This document shows positions 17,897 through 26,572 of a stretch of DNA of 64,000 bases, one piece after another (within the stretch, counting starts at the first letter, position 1; every line of letters begins with the position of its first letter). The translations under genes were made by a program, and so were the position numbers. This stretch comes from Rhodoluna sp. (GTDB lineage: Bacteria; Actinomycetota; Actinomycetes; Actinomycetales; Microbacteriaceae): contig NZ_JAHEIM010000003.1 of the NCBI RefSeq assembly GCF_024639375.1, positions 19,512-83,511 on the forward strand, written 5' to 3'. Below the pieces are notes generated by a model. It was not told the DNA's origin and did not search any database. It saw only the letters and a list, made by a program, of their open reading frames with translations.

Positions 17897-18670
17897 GTGT
17901 TTGATTGGTTTAAACGACTTCGCCACCAGGCGCGCAACCTCAGCCTTCCGGCTCGAGTTGAGCGCACTGCTCGCAATACCGAGGCAGTTGACCTAAAGCC
18001 CTACACCCCAGAGCCAAAAGTTTTTCTTGGCCAGTTGGCCTATTTGCAGTTGAGCCAATTCGAAATTCTTACCAGCGAGCTAAAGTACTCGCCAAACACT
18101 CAGTACAAAGCCGAGCTCAGTGAGGCCGCGGCCAAAAGCTTTGAAAAATATCGCGCAATCAGCAAGAAGATTGCTGCATTGGGCATCGATCCAACCGATG
18201 CAATGGACCCATACGTGGAGCGCATCGAAACTTTTCACTCTCGCACCAATGGCATCGACTGGTTCGAAAGTTTGATCAAGGTTTATTTGGTGGCTGGTCT
18301 GCTCGATGACTTCTATCGCCGACTTGCGATTGGCCTGGACCCAATCACGCGTGCCGATGTTGAAAAAGCTCTCGGTGACAAAAAGTTTGAAGTCTTTGCC
18401 AAGCGTGTGCTCATTGAGTCGATGGCAGAAGACCCAACGCTGTCACACCGACTTGCTCTTTGGGGTCGTCGCCTAATGGGAGATGTGCTGCTTGAGTTGC
18501 GTGCTGCATTTGATAACCGCAAACTCGCGGGCATTGCTAAGAGCAAGAAGCTAACCGTTGAGCAGGAGCGCGAAGTTAACTTGGCTTCTTATTCAAAGCT
18601 CGAGCCACTGGTGACTGAGCTCATCGGCGCCCACACAATGCGCATGGATGCAGTTGGGTTAACTGCCTAA
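17897..18670 (+). CDS. ferritin-like (MiaE-like fold) conserved actinobacterial protein
   Basis: All-helical protein divergent from the DEAD-box helicase, as in mycobacteria. The start is uncertain (GTG 17897, ATG 17861 or 17876). The track start at 17825 would overlap the helicase SD. Confidence 0.6.
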   Translation: MFDWFKRLRHQARNLSLPARVERTARNTEAVDLKPYTPEPKVFLGQLAYLQLSQFEILTSELKYSPNTQYKAELSEAAAKSFEKYRAISKKIAALGIDPTDAMDPYVERIETFHSRTNGIDWFESLIKVYLVAGLLDDFYRRLAIGLDPITRADVEKALGDKKFEVFAKRVLIESMAEDPTLSHRLALWGRRLMGDVLLELRAAFDNRKLAGIAKSKKLTVEQEREVNLASYSKLEPLVTELIGAHTMRMDAVGLTA

Positions 18671-18680
18671 GCAGATTTAA

Positions 18681-18950
18681 CTAAGCGCGAATCTTGTCGA
18701 TGCGCTTTGCACCAAACCAGAGTGCCGCTGGCATTGCCAACATCACGATGATCCAGATCCAGGCTTCGTCGTAGTGAAAACCAGCCCAGGTCAAAATAAT
18801 CCAAATGATGCTGCCGGCAACTGCGGCCAAAGCGGTTGGCACAAATGAGCCATACTTTTCACTCTTTACGCCAACATAAGGCGCAACCAATCCGAGGATT
18901 AGTGCGTAGATGACAATAAATGCCAAATTAAGTAGTGAGATGAAGTCCAT
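18681..18950 (-). CDS. small integral membrane protein (about 3 TM)
   Basis: Hydrophobic 89-aa ORF whose ATG overlaps the DUF3107 stop (ATGGACTTCAT.../TAATG junction at 18950). Confidence 0.6.
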   Translation of the reverse strand: MDFISLLNLAFIVIYALILGLVAPYVGVKSEKYGSFVPTALAAVAGSIIWIILTWAGFHYDEAWIWIIVMLAMPAALWFGAKRIDKIRA

Positions 18951-19174
18951 TAGGCAATAAATCCAACTCGGCGAGTTTCTTCTGCGCCAATTTCAACATA
19001 GGCAAGGGCATCGGTAGGCACTACAAATTTGCGACCCTTGTTGTCAACCAATTTAAGAACCTTGCTGCCGGCTTCTAGGCATGAAGCCACAAGAGCCTCT
19101 ACCTCAGATGCAGACTGAGCTGATTCAAAACTGATTTCACGTGGGCTGTTGCGAATGCCGATTCTGACGTCCAT
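18950..19174 (-). CDS. DUF3107 protein (TB9.4-like)
   Basis: MDVRIGIRNSPREISFES...KFVVPTDALAYVEIG matches the DUF3107 signature. Confidence 0.85.
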   Translation of the reverse strand: MDVRIGIRNSPREISFESAQSASEVEALVASCLEAGSKVLKLVDNKGRKFVVPTDALAYVEIGAEETRRVGFIA

Positions 19175-19218
19175 GCCGACCTTTCTTTATACCTTTAGAT
19201 TACGGCAACCAAAGAGCC

Positions 19219-20334
19219 CTAAAAGAGCTCGTTCTCTGATTTCTGTGGCAGTTCGATTGGGCGAGTGGCATCGCTTTCATAGCCAGCGCCAGTTCCAACG
19301 CCAGCATCGTCGGCGTTTAGATCGATGATTTCAAACTCAGTTTCTTCAACTTCAAATTCGATTACTTCTGGTTCGAAAGTGTTGATTACTGAAATCGGAG
19401 CCGCAGTTAGGCGACCAACGGCGCCAGTCGCGACATCCTCGGCAAGCACCTCGAGCATGGCGACGGCATCGTCAATAATTTCGTGGTCTTTTTTATTGAT
19501 GCCGTGCATCAACCAGCGAGCCAATTCAAGTTCGCTGTAAAGCGTGGCGCGCTGTCTGAATCCAGGGTCTACCGCGATGTGGTGCTGGCGATAAACGTCG
19601 ATGACGCTGTCGCTCAGTTCGTGGATGCCGGTTGCCAGAATCCAAGCAAAATCCTCGGCCGGGTCAGAAATCTTGAGTGTGCTCCAACCAAGAACACCGG
19701 TTACCTCGTTGTCGAGAGCCAACATCGAGTCGCCGTTTAGCGAACCGTGAATCACGGTTGGTTGAAAACGGAACAGGCTGCTGTCTTCGAGAGCTGCCTC
19801 CCAGCGTGAAAGCAAAATCGAAGGAACCTTGCCAGCGGCAGCGATGCGATCTAGCTCTGCGATTCGGTTGCGCACCACATCGGCCGGTTCGTAGGCCGCA
19901 AGGTGAGCATCTTCAACCACAAGTTTGCTCAGGTTGTGAATGGCCGCAATCGACTTGGCGATGCTGTTAGAGAAGTGGCTGTCGGCACCCACTGAATTGA
20001 TGTCAATTGGGTTGCCATAGATAAATTCGAAAACTAGGGCGCGATTGCCTCGGTCATCCTTGGTCTCACCAATCAGGTTGGTGATTTTGAATGGCAATCT
20101 CATGCGGTCTGTGATGCCAAAAGCCTTGAGTGCCCGCAGTTCTACTTCTTGCTCGGCGCCAGCCGCCTGGGTGTTGGCGATGCGAATGATGTAGTGCTCG
20201 CCAGTGGTTGAAGTGAGCAGGGCGGTGTCAAATGCCGCCGAGCCTTCGGCCGAGAGGCCCTTTACCTGGGTGAAGTCATATTGCGGAACTGCAGCTTTTG
20301 CCAGCGCCGCTAAAATCAAGGGAGATTTAGCCAT
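19219..20334 (-). CDS. aminoglycoside-phosphotransferase-fold protein with degenerate catalytic motifs (putative pseudokinase) and acidic C-terminal tail
   Basis: APH/choline-kinase-like layout, but HGSLNGDS replaces HGDLxxxN and LGW replaces IDW. The ORF-track start at 20742 overlaps nudC, so I trimmed to ATG 20334. Confidence 0.65.
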   Translation of the reverse strand: MAKSPLILAALAKAAVPQYDFTQVKGLSAEGSAAFDTALLTSTTGEHYIIRIANTQAAGAEQEVELRALKAFGITDRMRLPFKITNLIGETKDDRGNRALVFEFIYGNPIDINSVGADSHFSNSIAKSIAAIHNLSKLVVEDAHLAAYEPADVVRNRIAELDRIAAAGKVPSILLSRWEAALEDSSLFRFQPTVIHGSLNGDSMLALDNEVTGVLGWSTLKISDPAEDFAWILATGIHELSDSVIDVYRQHHIAVDPGFRQRATLYSELELARWLMHGINKKDHEIIDDAVAMLEVLAEDVATGAVGRLTAAPISVINTFEPEVIEFEVEETEFEIIDLNADDAGVGTGAGYESDATRPIELPQKSENELF

Positions 20335-20341
20335 GACATTC

Positions 20342-20347
20342 AGGTTA
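20342..20347 (-). promoter_or_regulatory. -10 box TAACCT placed for a leaderless APH-like gene transcript
   Basis: Minus strand reads TAACCT-gaatgtc-ATG(20334). Confidence 0.4.
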
Positions 20348-20403
20348 GATAGAAACCCAACTTTCACCCTGCATCGCCACGCGAATCTAGACAGAGAGCC
20401 ATC

Positions 20404-21366
20404 ATGAATCAACCTCTTGTGCTGCCTTTGGCGCGTGCCGCTATTGACCGGGACTACCTCACCAGAACACGTGACGAGGTTTTCGCCGAACTTTTCGCAA
20501 ACCCAAATGCACGCGTGATGCCTATTTATGACAGTCAGGTTTTGCTGGTGGGCGCTGTTGATCAACCGCAGCCACAGTTGAGACTTTTTGAACCTGCCGA
20601 TGTGCCCGAATGGCAACAACTGGTTTACCTTGGCAAAACCTCGGATGACTCCGCCGACTTGCCATTGGGAAGCCCCGTGATTCTGGCAATTTTGGATGAA
20701 GCGCAGGCGTTTGAACTTGCTCATAAAGAGGAGTGGCATCAACTGCGCCGCACTGGCGCCGGGCTAAGCGATAGAGACTCAGGTTTATTTGCTCAGTCTT
20801 TGGCCTTGGCCAACTGGCACGCAACGCACAAATTCTGCCCGCGCTGTGGTTCAACCACAACTGTTAAGCAAGCTGGTTGGGTTCGCGAGTGTTCGGTCGA
20901 TGGCCACGAATTATTTCCGCGCACAGATCCGGCAATCATCGTTTCGGTGATTGATGACCAAGATCGCATTCTTCTGGGTTCGCAGGGAACTTGGAAGTCA
21001 AACCACTGGTCAATTTTGGCGGGCTTCGTTGAGCCGGGCGAGTCACTCACTGCAGCTGTGATTCGCGAAATGCACGAAGAAGCTGGCGTGCACGTAATTG
21101 ATCCGGTTTACTTGGGCAGCCAGGCTTGGCCTTTCCCTTATTCGCTGATGGTTGGCTTCACCGCCCGCATTGATCCGAAGCATGCACAGCAGGATTTGCT
21201 GCCCGATGGCTTCGAGATTGAAAAGTTGCGTTGGTTTAGCCGCGAAGAAATCGCCGCCGAATGTGCCGATCTGCTTTTGCCTGGACGCATGACAATTTCT
21301 CGCTCGCTAATTGAACACTGGTATGGCGCAGAAATCGTTTCTGCCACCGAACTCGAATTGCAATAA
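20404..21366 (+). CDS. nudC: NAD+ diphosphatase (NADH pyrophosphatase)
   Basis: Zinc-ribbon CPRCG followed by Nudix box GFVEPGESLTAAVIREMHEEAGV. Confidence 0.88.
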   Translation: MNQPLVLPLARAAIDRDYLTRTRDEVFAELFANPNARVMPIYDSQVLLVGAVDQPQPQLRLFEPADVPEWQQLVYLGKTSDDSADLPLGSPVILAILDEAQAFELAHKEEWHQLRRTGAGLSDRDSGLFAQSLALANWHATHKFCPRCGSTTTVKQAGWVRECSVDGHELFPRTDPAIIVSVIDDQDRILLGSQGTWKSNHWSILAGFVEPGESLTAAVIREMHEEAGVHVIDPVYLGSQAWPFPYSLMVGFTARIDPKHAQQDLLPDGFEIEKLRWFSREEIAAECADLLLPGRMTISRSLIEHWYGAEIVSATELELQ

Positions 21367-23046
21367 GTGGAACCAGAAGATCTGCTCGAAAATTTAGATC
21401 CTGAGCAGCGCCTTGCCGCTGAGTCTTTAGTTGGGCCAACCTGCATTCTTGCTGGTGCGGGCACCGGAAAAACTCGCACCGTTACTCACCGCATTGCCTA
21501 TGGAATTGCCAAGGGTTATTTTGCTGCCAATCGCGTGCTTGCACTTACTTATACGAACCGTGCAGCAGGGGAGTTGCGTGCGCGACTTCGTCAACTTGGT
21601 GTGGGTGCGGTGTCGGTAAAAACCTTTCACGCTGCTGCACTGTCACAGCTTGAATTCTTTTGGCCGCAATTTGCCGGAGTGCCGGCCCCCGCAGTGTTGG
21701 AATCAAAGGCGCGACTAATCTCGCTGGTTGCCGATGGGTTGAAGATTCGACTCGACTCGGGCGCATTGCGGGACATCGCGGCCGAAATTGAATGGCGCAA
21801 GTACTCGATGTTGAGCATGGAGTCTTATGCAGGTGTAGCTGCAGACCGTCCAAAGATTGCCGGCTTGAGTGTTGCAAAAAATCTTGAGATTCAAGAAGGC
21901 TACGAGGCTGCAAAGGCAAAGGCTCAAAAGATTGACTGGGAAGACGTCTTGATTTTGACCCTCGGATTACTTCGTGCCGAGCCACGCGCGCTGGCACACG
22001 TGCAACAGCAATATCGATTTTTCACAGTAGACGAGTACCAGGATATTTCGCCACTGCAGCACGCGTTGCTCGATGCCTGGTTGGGCAGCCACTCAGATTT
22101 GTGTGTGGTTGGCGACCCAAACCAAACGATTTATTCGTTCACCGGTGCAACCAGTGAATATCTGCAAAATTTTGCAACTCGATTCGCAGATGCAACAGTG
22201 GTGCAGTTAACCACCAACTATCGCTCCACTGGGCAAATCGTTAGCTTTGCTAATCGCCTAACTGCGCAGAGTTCGGTGGTTGACCCGCTGCAGTCTGCCA
22301 ACGCCGTTGGTTTAGCGCCGCGCACACTTTCGTTTGCCACTACTGCCGATGAAGTCAATTCGGTGGCCTCTGCCATCCGAGCAAAAATCGATCAAAGAGT
22401 AAAGCCAAGCGACATCGCCGTGCTTTACCGAATCAACGGGCAATCTGAACTGGTTGAGAATGCATTGGCTGCACAGGGCATCGACTATCAGGTGCGCGGA
22501 GGTGAGCGGTTCTTTAATCGACCAGAAATTCAAAATGCGATTCGCGCCATTCGTGCCGCCGCCGTTGTGCCGAGTGAAAAAAGTTTGTTTGAGTTGGTTG
22601 CCGAAATTTGCCGCAGCTTGGGATGGCAGATGCAGCAGCCAACCGAACCGGGTAGCAATCGTGAAAAGTGGGAGTCTTTGAATTCACTGCTTGCTATCAC
22701 TGAAGAAATGCAAACCGAGGCAACTCTGGCAGACATGGCCAAGGAACTGGAAGAGCGCCAGCGTTCACAACATGAACCTGTGAAGGCCGCCGTCACCCTT
22801 TCGACCATTCACGCGGCCAAGGGCTTGGAGTGGGATTACGTTTTCATCATCGGGTTGACTGAGGGGTACCTGCCTATCAGCTACGCCAAAACCGAAGCCG
22901 AACTTCGTGAAGAGCAAAGACTGCTTTATGTTGCAATCACACGAGCACGCAAAGAGTTGACTCTTTCGTGGTCGCGCGCCGATGCCAACTCAACTCGCGA
23001 GCGCGAACCGTCTCGCTTCTTTGCAATGTTGCAACCGCGAATTTAA
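21367..23046 (+). CDS. UvrD/PcrA-family ATP-dependent DNA helicase (short form, no HRDC-type C-terminal extension visible)
   Basis: Walker A AGAGTGKTRT, and the motifs DEYQD, TNYRS and TIHAAKGLEW. GTG start directly after the nudC stop. Confidence 0.88.
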   Translation: MEPEDLLENLDPEQRLAAESLVGPTCILAGAGTGKTRTVTHRIAYGIAKGYFAANRVLALTYTNRAAGELRARLRQLGVGAVSVKTFHAAALSQLEFFWPQFAGVPAPAVLESKARLISLVADGLKIRLDSGALRDIAAEIEWRKYSMLSMESYAGVAADRPKIAGLSVAKNLEIQEGYEAAKAKAQKIDWEDVLILTLGLLRAEPRALAHVQQQYRFFTVDEYQDISPLQHALLDAWLGSHSDLCVVGDPNQTIYSFTGATSEYLQNFATRFADATVVQLTTNYRSTGQIVSFANRLTAQSSVVDPLQSANAVGLAPRTLSFATTADEVNSVASAIRAKIDQRVKPSDIAVLYRINGQSELVENALAAQGIDYQVRGGERFFNRPEIQNAIRAIRAAAVVPSEKSLFELVAEICRSLGWQMQQPTEPGSNREKWESLNSLLAITEEMQTEATLADMAKELEERQRSQHEPVKAAVTLSTIHAAKGLEWDYVFIIGLTEGYLPISYAKTEAELREEQRLLYVAITRARKELTLSWSRADANSTREREPSRFFAMLQPRI

Positions 23047-23059
23047 TTCGCAACGCAAA

Positions 23060-24094
23060 CTAAAAACAATCGCAGGCCTTATTTGCAGGCCACTGAAATT
23101 CGCTCACCTCACCCGTTGAATTTGCCAGCCGGTATCCGGTGGTTTCTTCTTGGGTTAGTTCAAACCCACCAACTCGATCAAGCTGAGTCAAGGTTTTTTG
23201 CAATGCCAGACCAGCCGCAAAAAGTTGGCTTGCCGTGTCGTCGAAACGTTTAGTGCTGGTTGCAAGTTGACTGGCAAGCGCCGGCCATTTTTCATCGGCT
23301 TCTGTTTTTGATAGATCTAGGCACTTTAGGCAAGCGGTTTTGCCAGGCACGATAGTGGGTGACACCCATGCGCCCTGTGAATCAAACGTGATTGCTAGAT
23401 GGGGAACGCTGTGTTTCATCAGCTGCTCATAGCGTTTAGTTGGCAAGGCTTGATTTGCGATAAGTACGGCAAAATCCAATTTTGCTACTTGCTTTTCAGT
23501 GGTTTCGTGGCTGATCTTGGTTTGATTTGGCGAGGCATCAAGAATTGCGTGCAGCGCATCACCCCGAGTGCGACCTGCCAACTGGCTCGGATAACCGCTT
23601 GGCCCAAGATCTGCGCTTTGCACTTTTTGATTGTCGATTGTGCAGAGTTGCCCAACACCCGCGGCGGCAAGCCCAAGACTAAGTGAAAGGCCAGTCTTCT
23701 CAAGATTTTCAATTTGCACCCGACGATGTTGCCGCTCTAGCAGCACGGCCTCGCCATCAACCGAGTGCAGCAAACTGCTTTTGATTATTTCGGAATAGGC
23801 GGAACTAATAAAGTCAGCACTGAGTTGCAACTTGCTGTTGGGTTTAGGCGACTCTTGTAGCAGCAACTCTTCTAGGTCAGCAATCAGCGATTTCGATTCT
23901 GATTCCGCAAGACCCAGTTGGTTGCTAACCAAGCCCAACTGTTGATCGGCTATGCCTTGATAAAGTGCCGCTACTAGCCGTTCTTGAGCGGCAGATAATT
24001 TGCGCAATAAAACTTTGTTACTGCCTAGACCCAGCTGCAGAGTGTGCGGGTCGCGCCAAAGAGCTTGATGACTTGGATTGATTCGATAAACCAT
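23060..24094 (-). CDS. ThiF/E1-like protein with N-terminal winged-helix-like region and degenerate nucleotide loop
   Basis: N-terminus (INPSHQALWRDPHTLQLGLG...VLLRKLSAAQERLVAAL) and core (LGLAAAGVGQLCTIDNQKVQSADL) resemble ThiF-family proteins. C-terminal CxxC and CxC are present. The family call is from memory. Confidence 0.5.
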   Translation of the reverse strand: MVYRINPSHQALWRDPHTLQLGLGSNKVLLRKLSAAQERLVAALYQGIADQQLGLVSNQLGLAESESKSLIADLEELLLQESPKPNSKLQLSADFISSAYSEIIKSSLLHSVDGEAVLLERQHRRVQIENLEKTGLSLSLGLAAAGVGQLCTIDNQKVQSADLGPSGYPSQLAGRTRGDALHAILDASPNQTKISHETTEKQVAKLDFAVLIANQALPTKRYEQLMKHSVPHLAITFDSQGAWVSPTIVPGKTACLKCLDLSKTEADEKWPALASQLATSTKRFDDTASQLFAAGLALQKTLTQLDRVGGFELTQEETTGYRLANSTGEVSEFQWPANKACDCF

Positions 24095-24146
24095 GCCCCA
24101 ATGTTTGGGCAGTGAGCAACGCAGTGCTCAAGTTATGCACATATGG

Positions 24147-25388
24147 TTACTCACCGAGAAGATCGCGCAGTGCTTGGTCGAACTCATCGGGTTGGTTATT
24201 TTCGCCACGCAATTTTGCAATCAACCTTGAAGGGTCGGCAATGTCTGCAGCGCCAGGCATCACGTCAGGGTGATCCCAAAGTGAATCACGCATTTCGATG
24301 CCAACCTCTGCGCCAATTGCCCGCCACATTGCACTGGCTTCACGCAAGCGACGAGGTCGAAGTTCTAGTCCAACCAAAGTGCCAAAGGTTTGTTCTGCTG
24401 GCCCACCGGTTGCACGGCGGCGACGAACCGCCTCGGCAATTGCGGCGGCACGCGGCAACAGTTTCGTGGCGTCTTCAGTCACCACATCAACCCAACCTTC
24501 AATCAGGGCCAGTGTGGTTTCGATATTCGCCAGCGCCGCTTTCTGATCTTCAGAGCGCTCAGCGATGAATGAACCTGATTCCAAAGCCTGCTGAATTTGT
24601 TCGGTGTTGTTTGGGTCAAAGTCTTCGGCAAATTCACTAATGCGTGTGTTGTCGATCGAAATATCCGCAGCATATTTTGTGATTTGTGTAATCACTGCCT
24701 CGCGCAACCACTTGCTGTGTTTAAACAAACGCACGTGGGCCATTTCGCGAATCACCAGATAAATAAATGCCTGATCTTTTTCAACATCTAGCCCAGCGAT
24801 AAATTCTTCAAGATTCTGAGGCACAAAGGCTGCACGTTGATCTTTAAACAGCGGCAAGCCAATGTCTCCGCCTGAAAGCACCTCGGCAGAAAGTTTTCCG
24901 AGCGCCTGCCCGAGTTGCATGGCAAATAATGTTCCGCCGGCACTTCGCATCAGTGCGCTGGCGTTGCCCAGCATTGCGCTTAGCTCTTCGGGCACGTTTT
25001 GTTCGAGGTGCTCAGATAGGGCAGCGCTCATGCGATTGGCTACCGGCTCAGCCAAAGCTTGAATTAGTGGCATGGCATCGGCCACCCAAAGTTCGCGGGT
25101 AAGCAACTTGGCTTCGGTGGTCAACTCAGAAAAAGCAGTCGCGTTATTTAGCCACAGCGAGCCGATGTTTTCGGCACTTTGAATGGCCTGTCTAGAACCT
25201 TCACTCACGGCAGCGGCGCCTTGGGCAGCAAGATTGCGAGCTTGACCGGTGGCCAGCTGCCAATTGACGCCGGTGGTTAGGTTTGCGGGCATGGCTGCCA
25301 TTGCGGCTCGAGCCTGCTCAAAAAGGGCGGCAAAACGCTCAAAATCCTCGGGATTCATGCCCTCGGGCACTTTATTGTCGTCGCTCAT
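24147..25388 (-). CDS. zincin-like (DUF2342 / Zincin_2) protein lacking HExxH
   Basis: Size, helical composition and context next to PDZ-LonC and UPF0182 match the actinobacterial DUF2342 family. The expected HExxH position reads REMAH. Confidence 0.6.
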   Translation of the reverse strand: MSDDNKVPEGMNPEDFERFAALFEQARAAMAAMPANLTTGVNWQLATGQARNLAAQGAAAVSEGSRQAIQSAENIGSLWLNNATAFSELTTEAKLLTRELWVADAMPLIQALAEPVANRMSAALSEHLEQNVPEELSAMLGNASALMRSAGGTLFAMQLGQALGKLSAEVLSGGDIGLPLFKDQRAAFVPQNLEEFIAGLDVEKDQAFIYLVIREMAHVRLFKHSKWLREAVITQITKYAADISIDNTRISEFAEDFDPNNTEQIQQALESGSFIAERSEDQKAALANIETTLALIEGWVDVVTEDATKLLPRAAAIAEAVRRRRATGGPAEQTFGTLVGLELRPRRLREASAMWRAIGAEVGIEMRDSLWDHPDVMPGAADIADPSRLIAKLRGENNQPDEFDQALRDLLGE

Positions 25389-25460
25389 GCCTAGTCCTTA
25401 CCTGATAAAGATAATCGCGTTTAGGCTTGAAGCATTCCATCGAATTTAGAGAGGGCGTCA

Positions 25461-26558
25461 TTGAGTTTCTTTGACTACCCCCGTGGCCACGAGCAGTCGG
25501 CAACAAAGGGCAAATCGCGTCGTTTCGCAGGGCTGGGTTTTCTAGTCGTTGCAGCTTTCGGTCTATTGGCGGCTTTCTATTTGCCAACCGGTTACGTGAT
25601 TGAACAACCGGGCCCAACCTTTAACGTTTTAGGCGCTTCGGATGGCACTGCCGTAATCGAGATTCCCGATGCACCTACTTATGCAACCACCGGGCACCTA
25701 GATTTGCTCACCGTTTCGGTAGTTGGTAATCGCGAACAAACTCCAAATTGGGCTGAGGTTTTCAACGCTTGGCTAGATCCAGCCAAGAGTGTGATTCCAC
25801 TCGAGGAGATTTTCCCGGCGAACCAAACCACAAAGCAGGCTGAACTCGAGAGCAGCGCGATGATGGAGATCTCGCAGCAAGAAGCAATCGCCGCTGCACT
25901 CACTCAGCTTGGTTATAAGGTTCCTTGGTTTATTTATGTAAGCGAAGTTGCCAAAAAGTCTCCGGCCAGTGGAAAGTTTGTTGGTGCCGATTACGTCAAT
26001 GCCGTAAACGGTGTAAAAGTAAAAAACATCGATGAGCTGCGCGCCGAAGTAAATAAATATGACGGTAAAAATGCGCTAGAGATTTCAATTATTCGAGCTG
26101 GTCTACCACTAAAACTTTTGATTGACCCGGTTAAAGATGATTCGGGCGCTTGGCGAATGGGTGTGACCGTTGGCTACAAATACGAATTCCCAATCAATGT
26201 GAATTTGCATCTTGCCGATGTTGGTGGCCCTTCGGGCGGCATGATGTTTGCCCTTGGCATTTATGACAAACTCACACCCGGCGCACTAACCGGCGCTCGT
26301 TTTATTGCGGGCACCGGAACCATCACTTCAACTGGCAACGTTGGCCCTATTGGTGGCATTCGCCAAAAAATGTATGGTGCCCAAAATGCTGGAGCCAGCT
26401 ATTTTCTTGCGCCGTCTGAAAATTGCAACGAGGTAGTTGGCAATATTCCGAGTGGTCTAAAGGTTTTTAAGGTTTCAACCTTTTCTGAAGCAATCAACAT
26501 CGTAAAAACAATTGGTGAGGCTAAAGATTTGTCTAGCCTGCCAACCTGCACCAAATAA
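25461..26558 (+). CDS. membrane-anchored PDZ plus Lon-C (S16) serine protease
   Basis: N-terminal TM, a PDZ-like middle region, and Lon proteolytic motifs GGPSGGMMFALG (Ser) and GGIRQK (Lys). TTG start with GAGGG SD. Confidence 0.82.
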   Translation: MSFFDYPRGHEQSATKGKSRRFAGLGFLVVAAFGLLAAFYLPTGYVIEQPGPTFNVLGASDGTAVIEIPDAPTYATTGHLDLLTVSVVGNREQTPNWAEVFNAWLDPAKSVIPLEEIFPANQTTKQAELESSAMMEISQQEAIAAALTQLGYKVPWFIYVSEVAKKSPASGKFVGADYVNAVNGVKVKNIDELRAEVNKYDGKNALEISIIRAGLPLKLLIDPVKDDSGAWRMGVTVGYKYEFPINVNLHLADVGGPSGGMMFALGIYDKLTPGALTGARFIAGTGTITSTGNVGPIGGIRQKMYGAQNAGASYFLAPSENCNEVVGNIPSGLKVFKVSTFSEAINIVKTIGEAKDLSSLPTCTK

Positions 26559-26572
26559 AAACCAGGAGAAAC

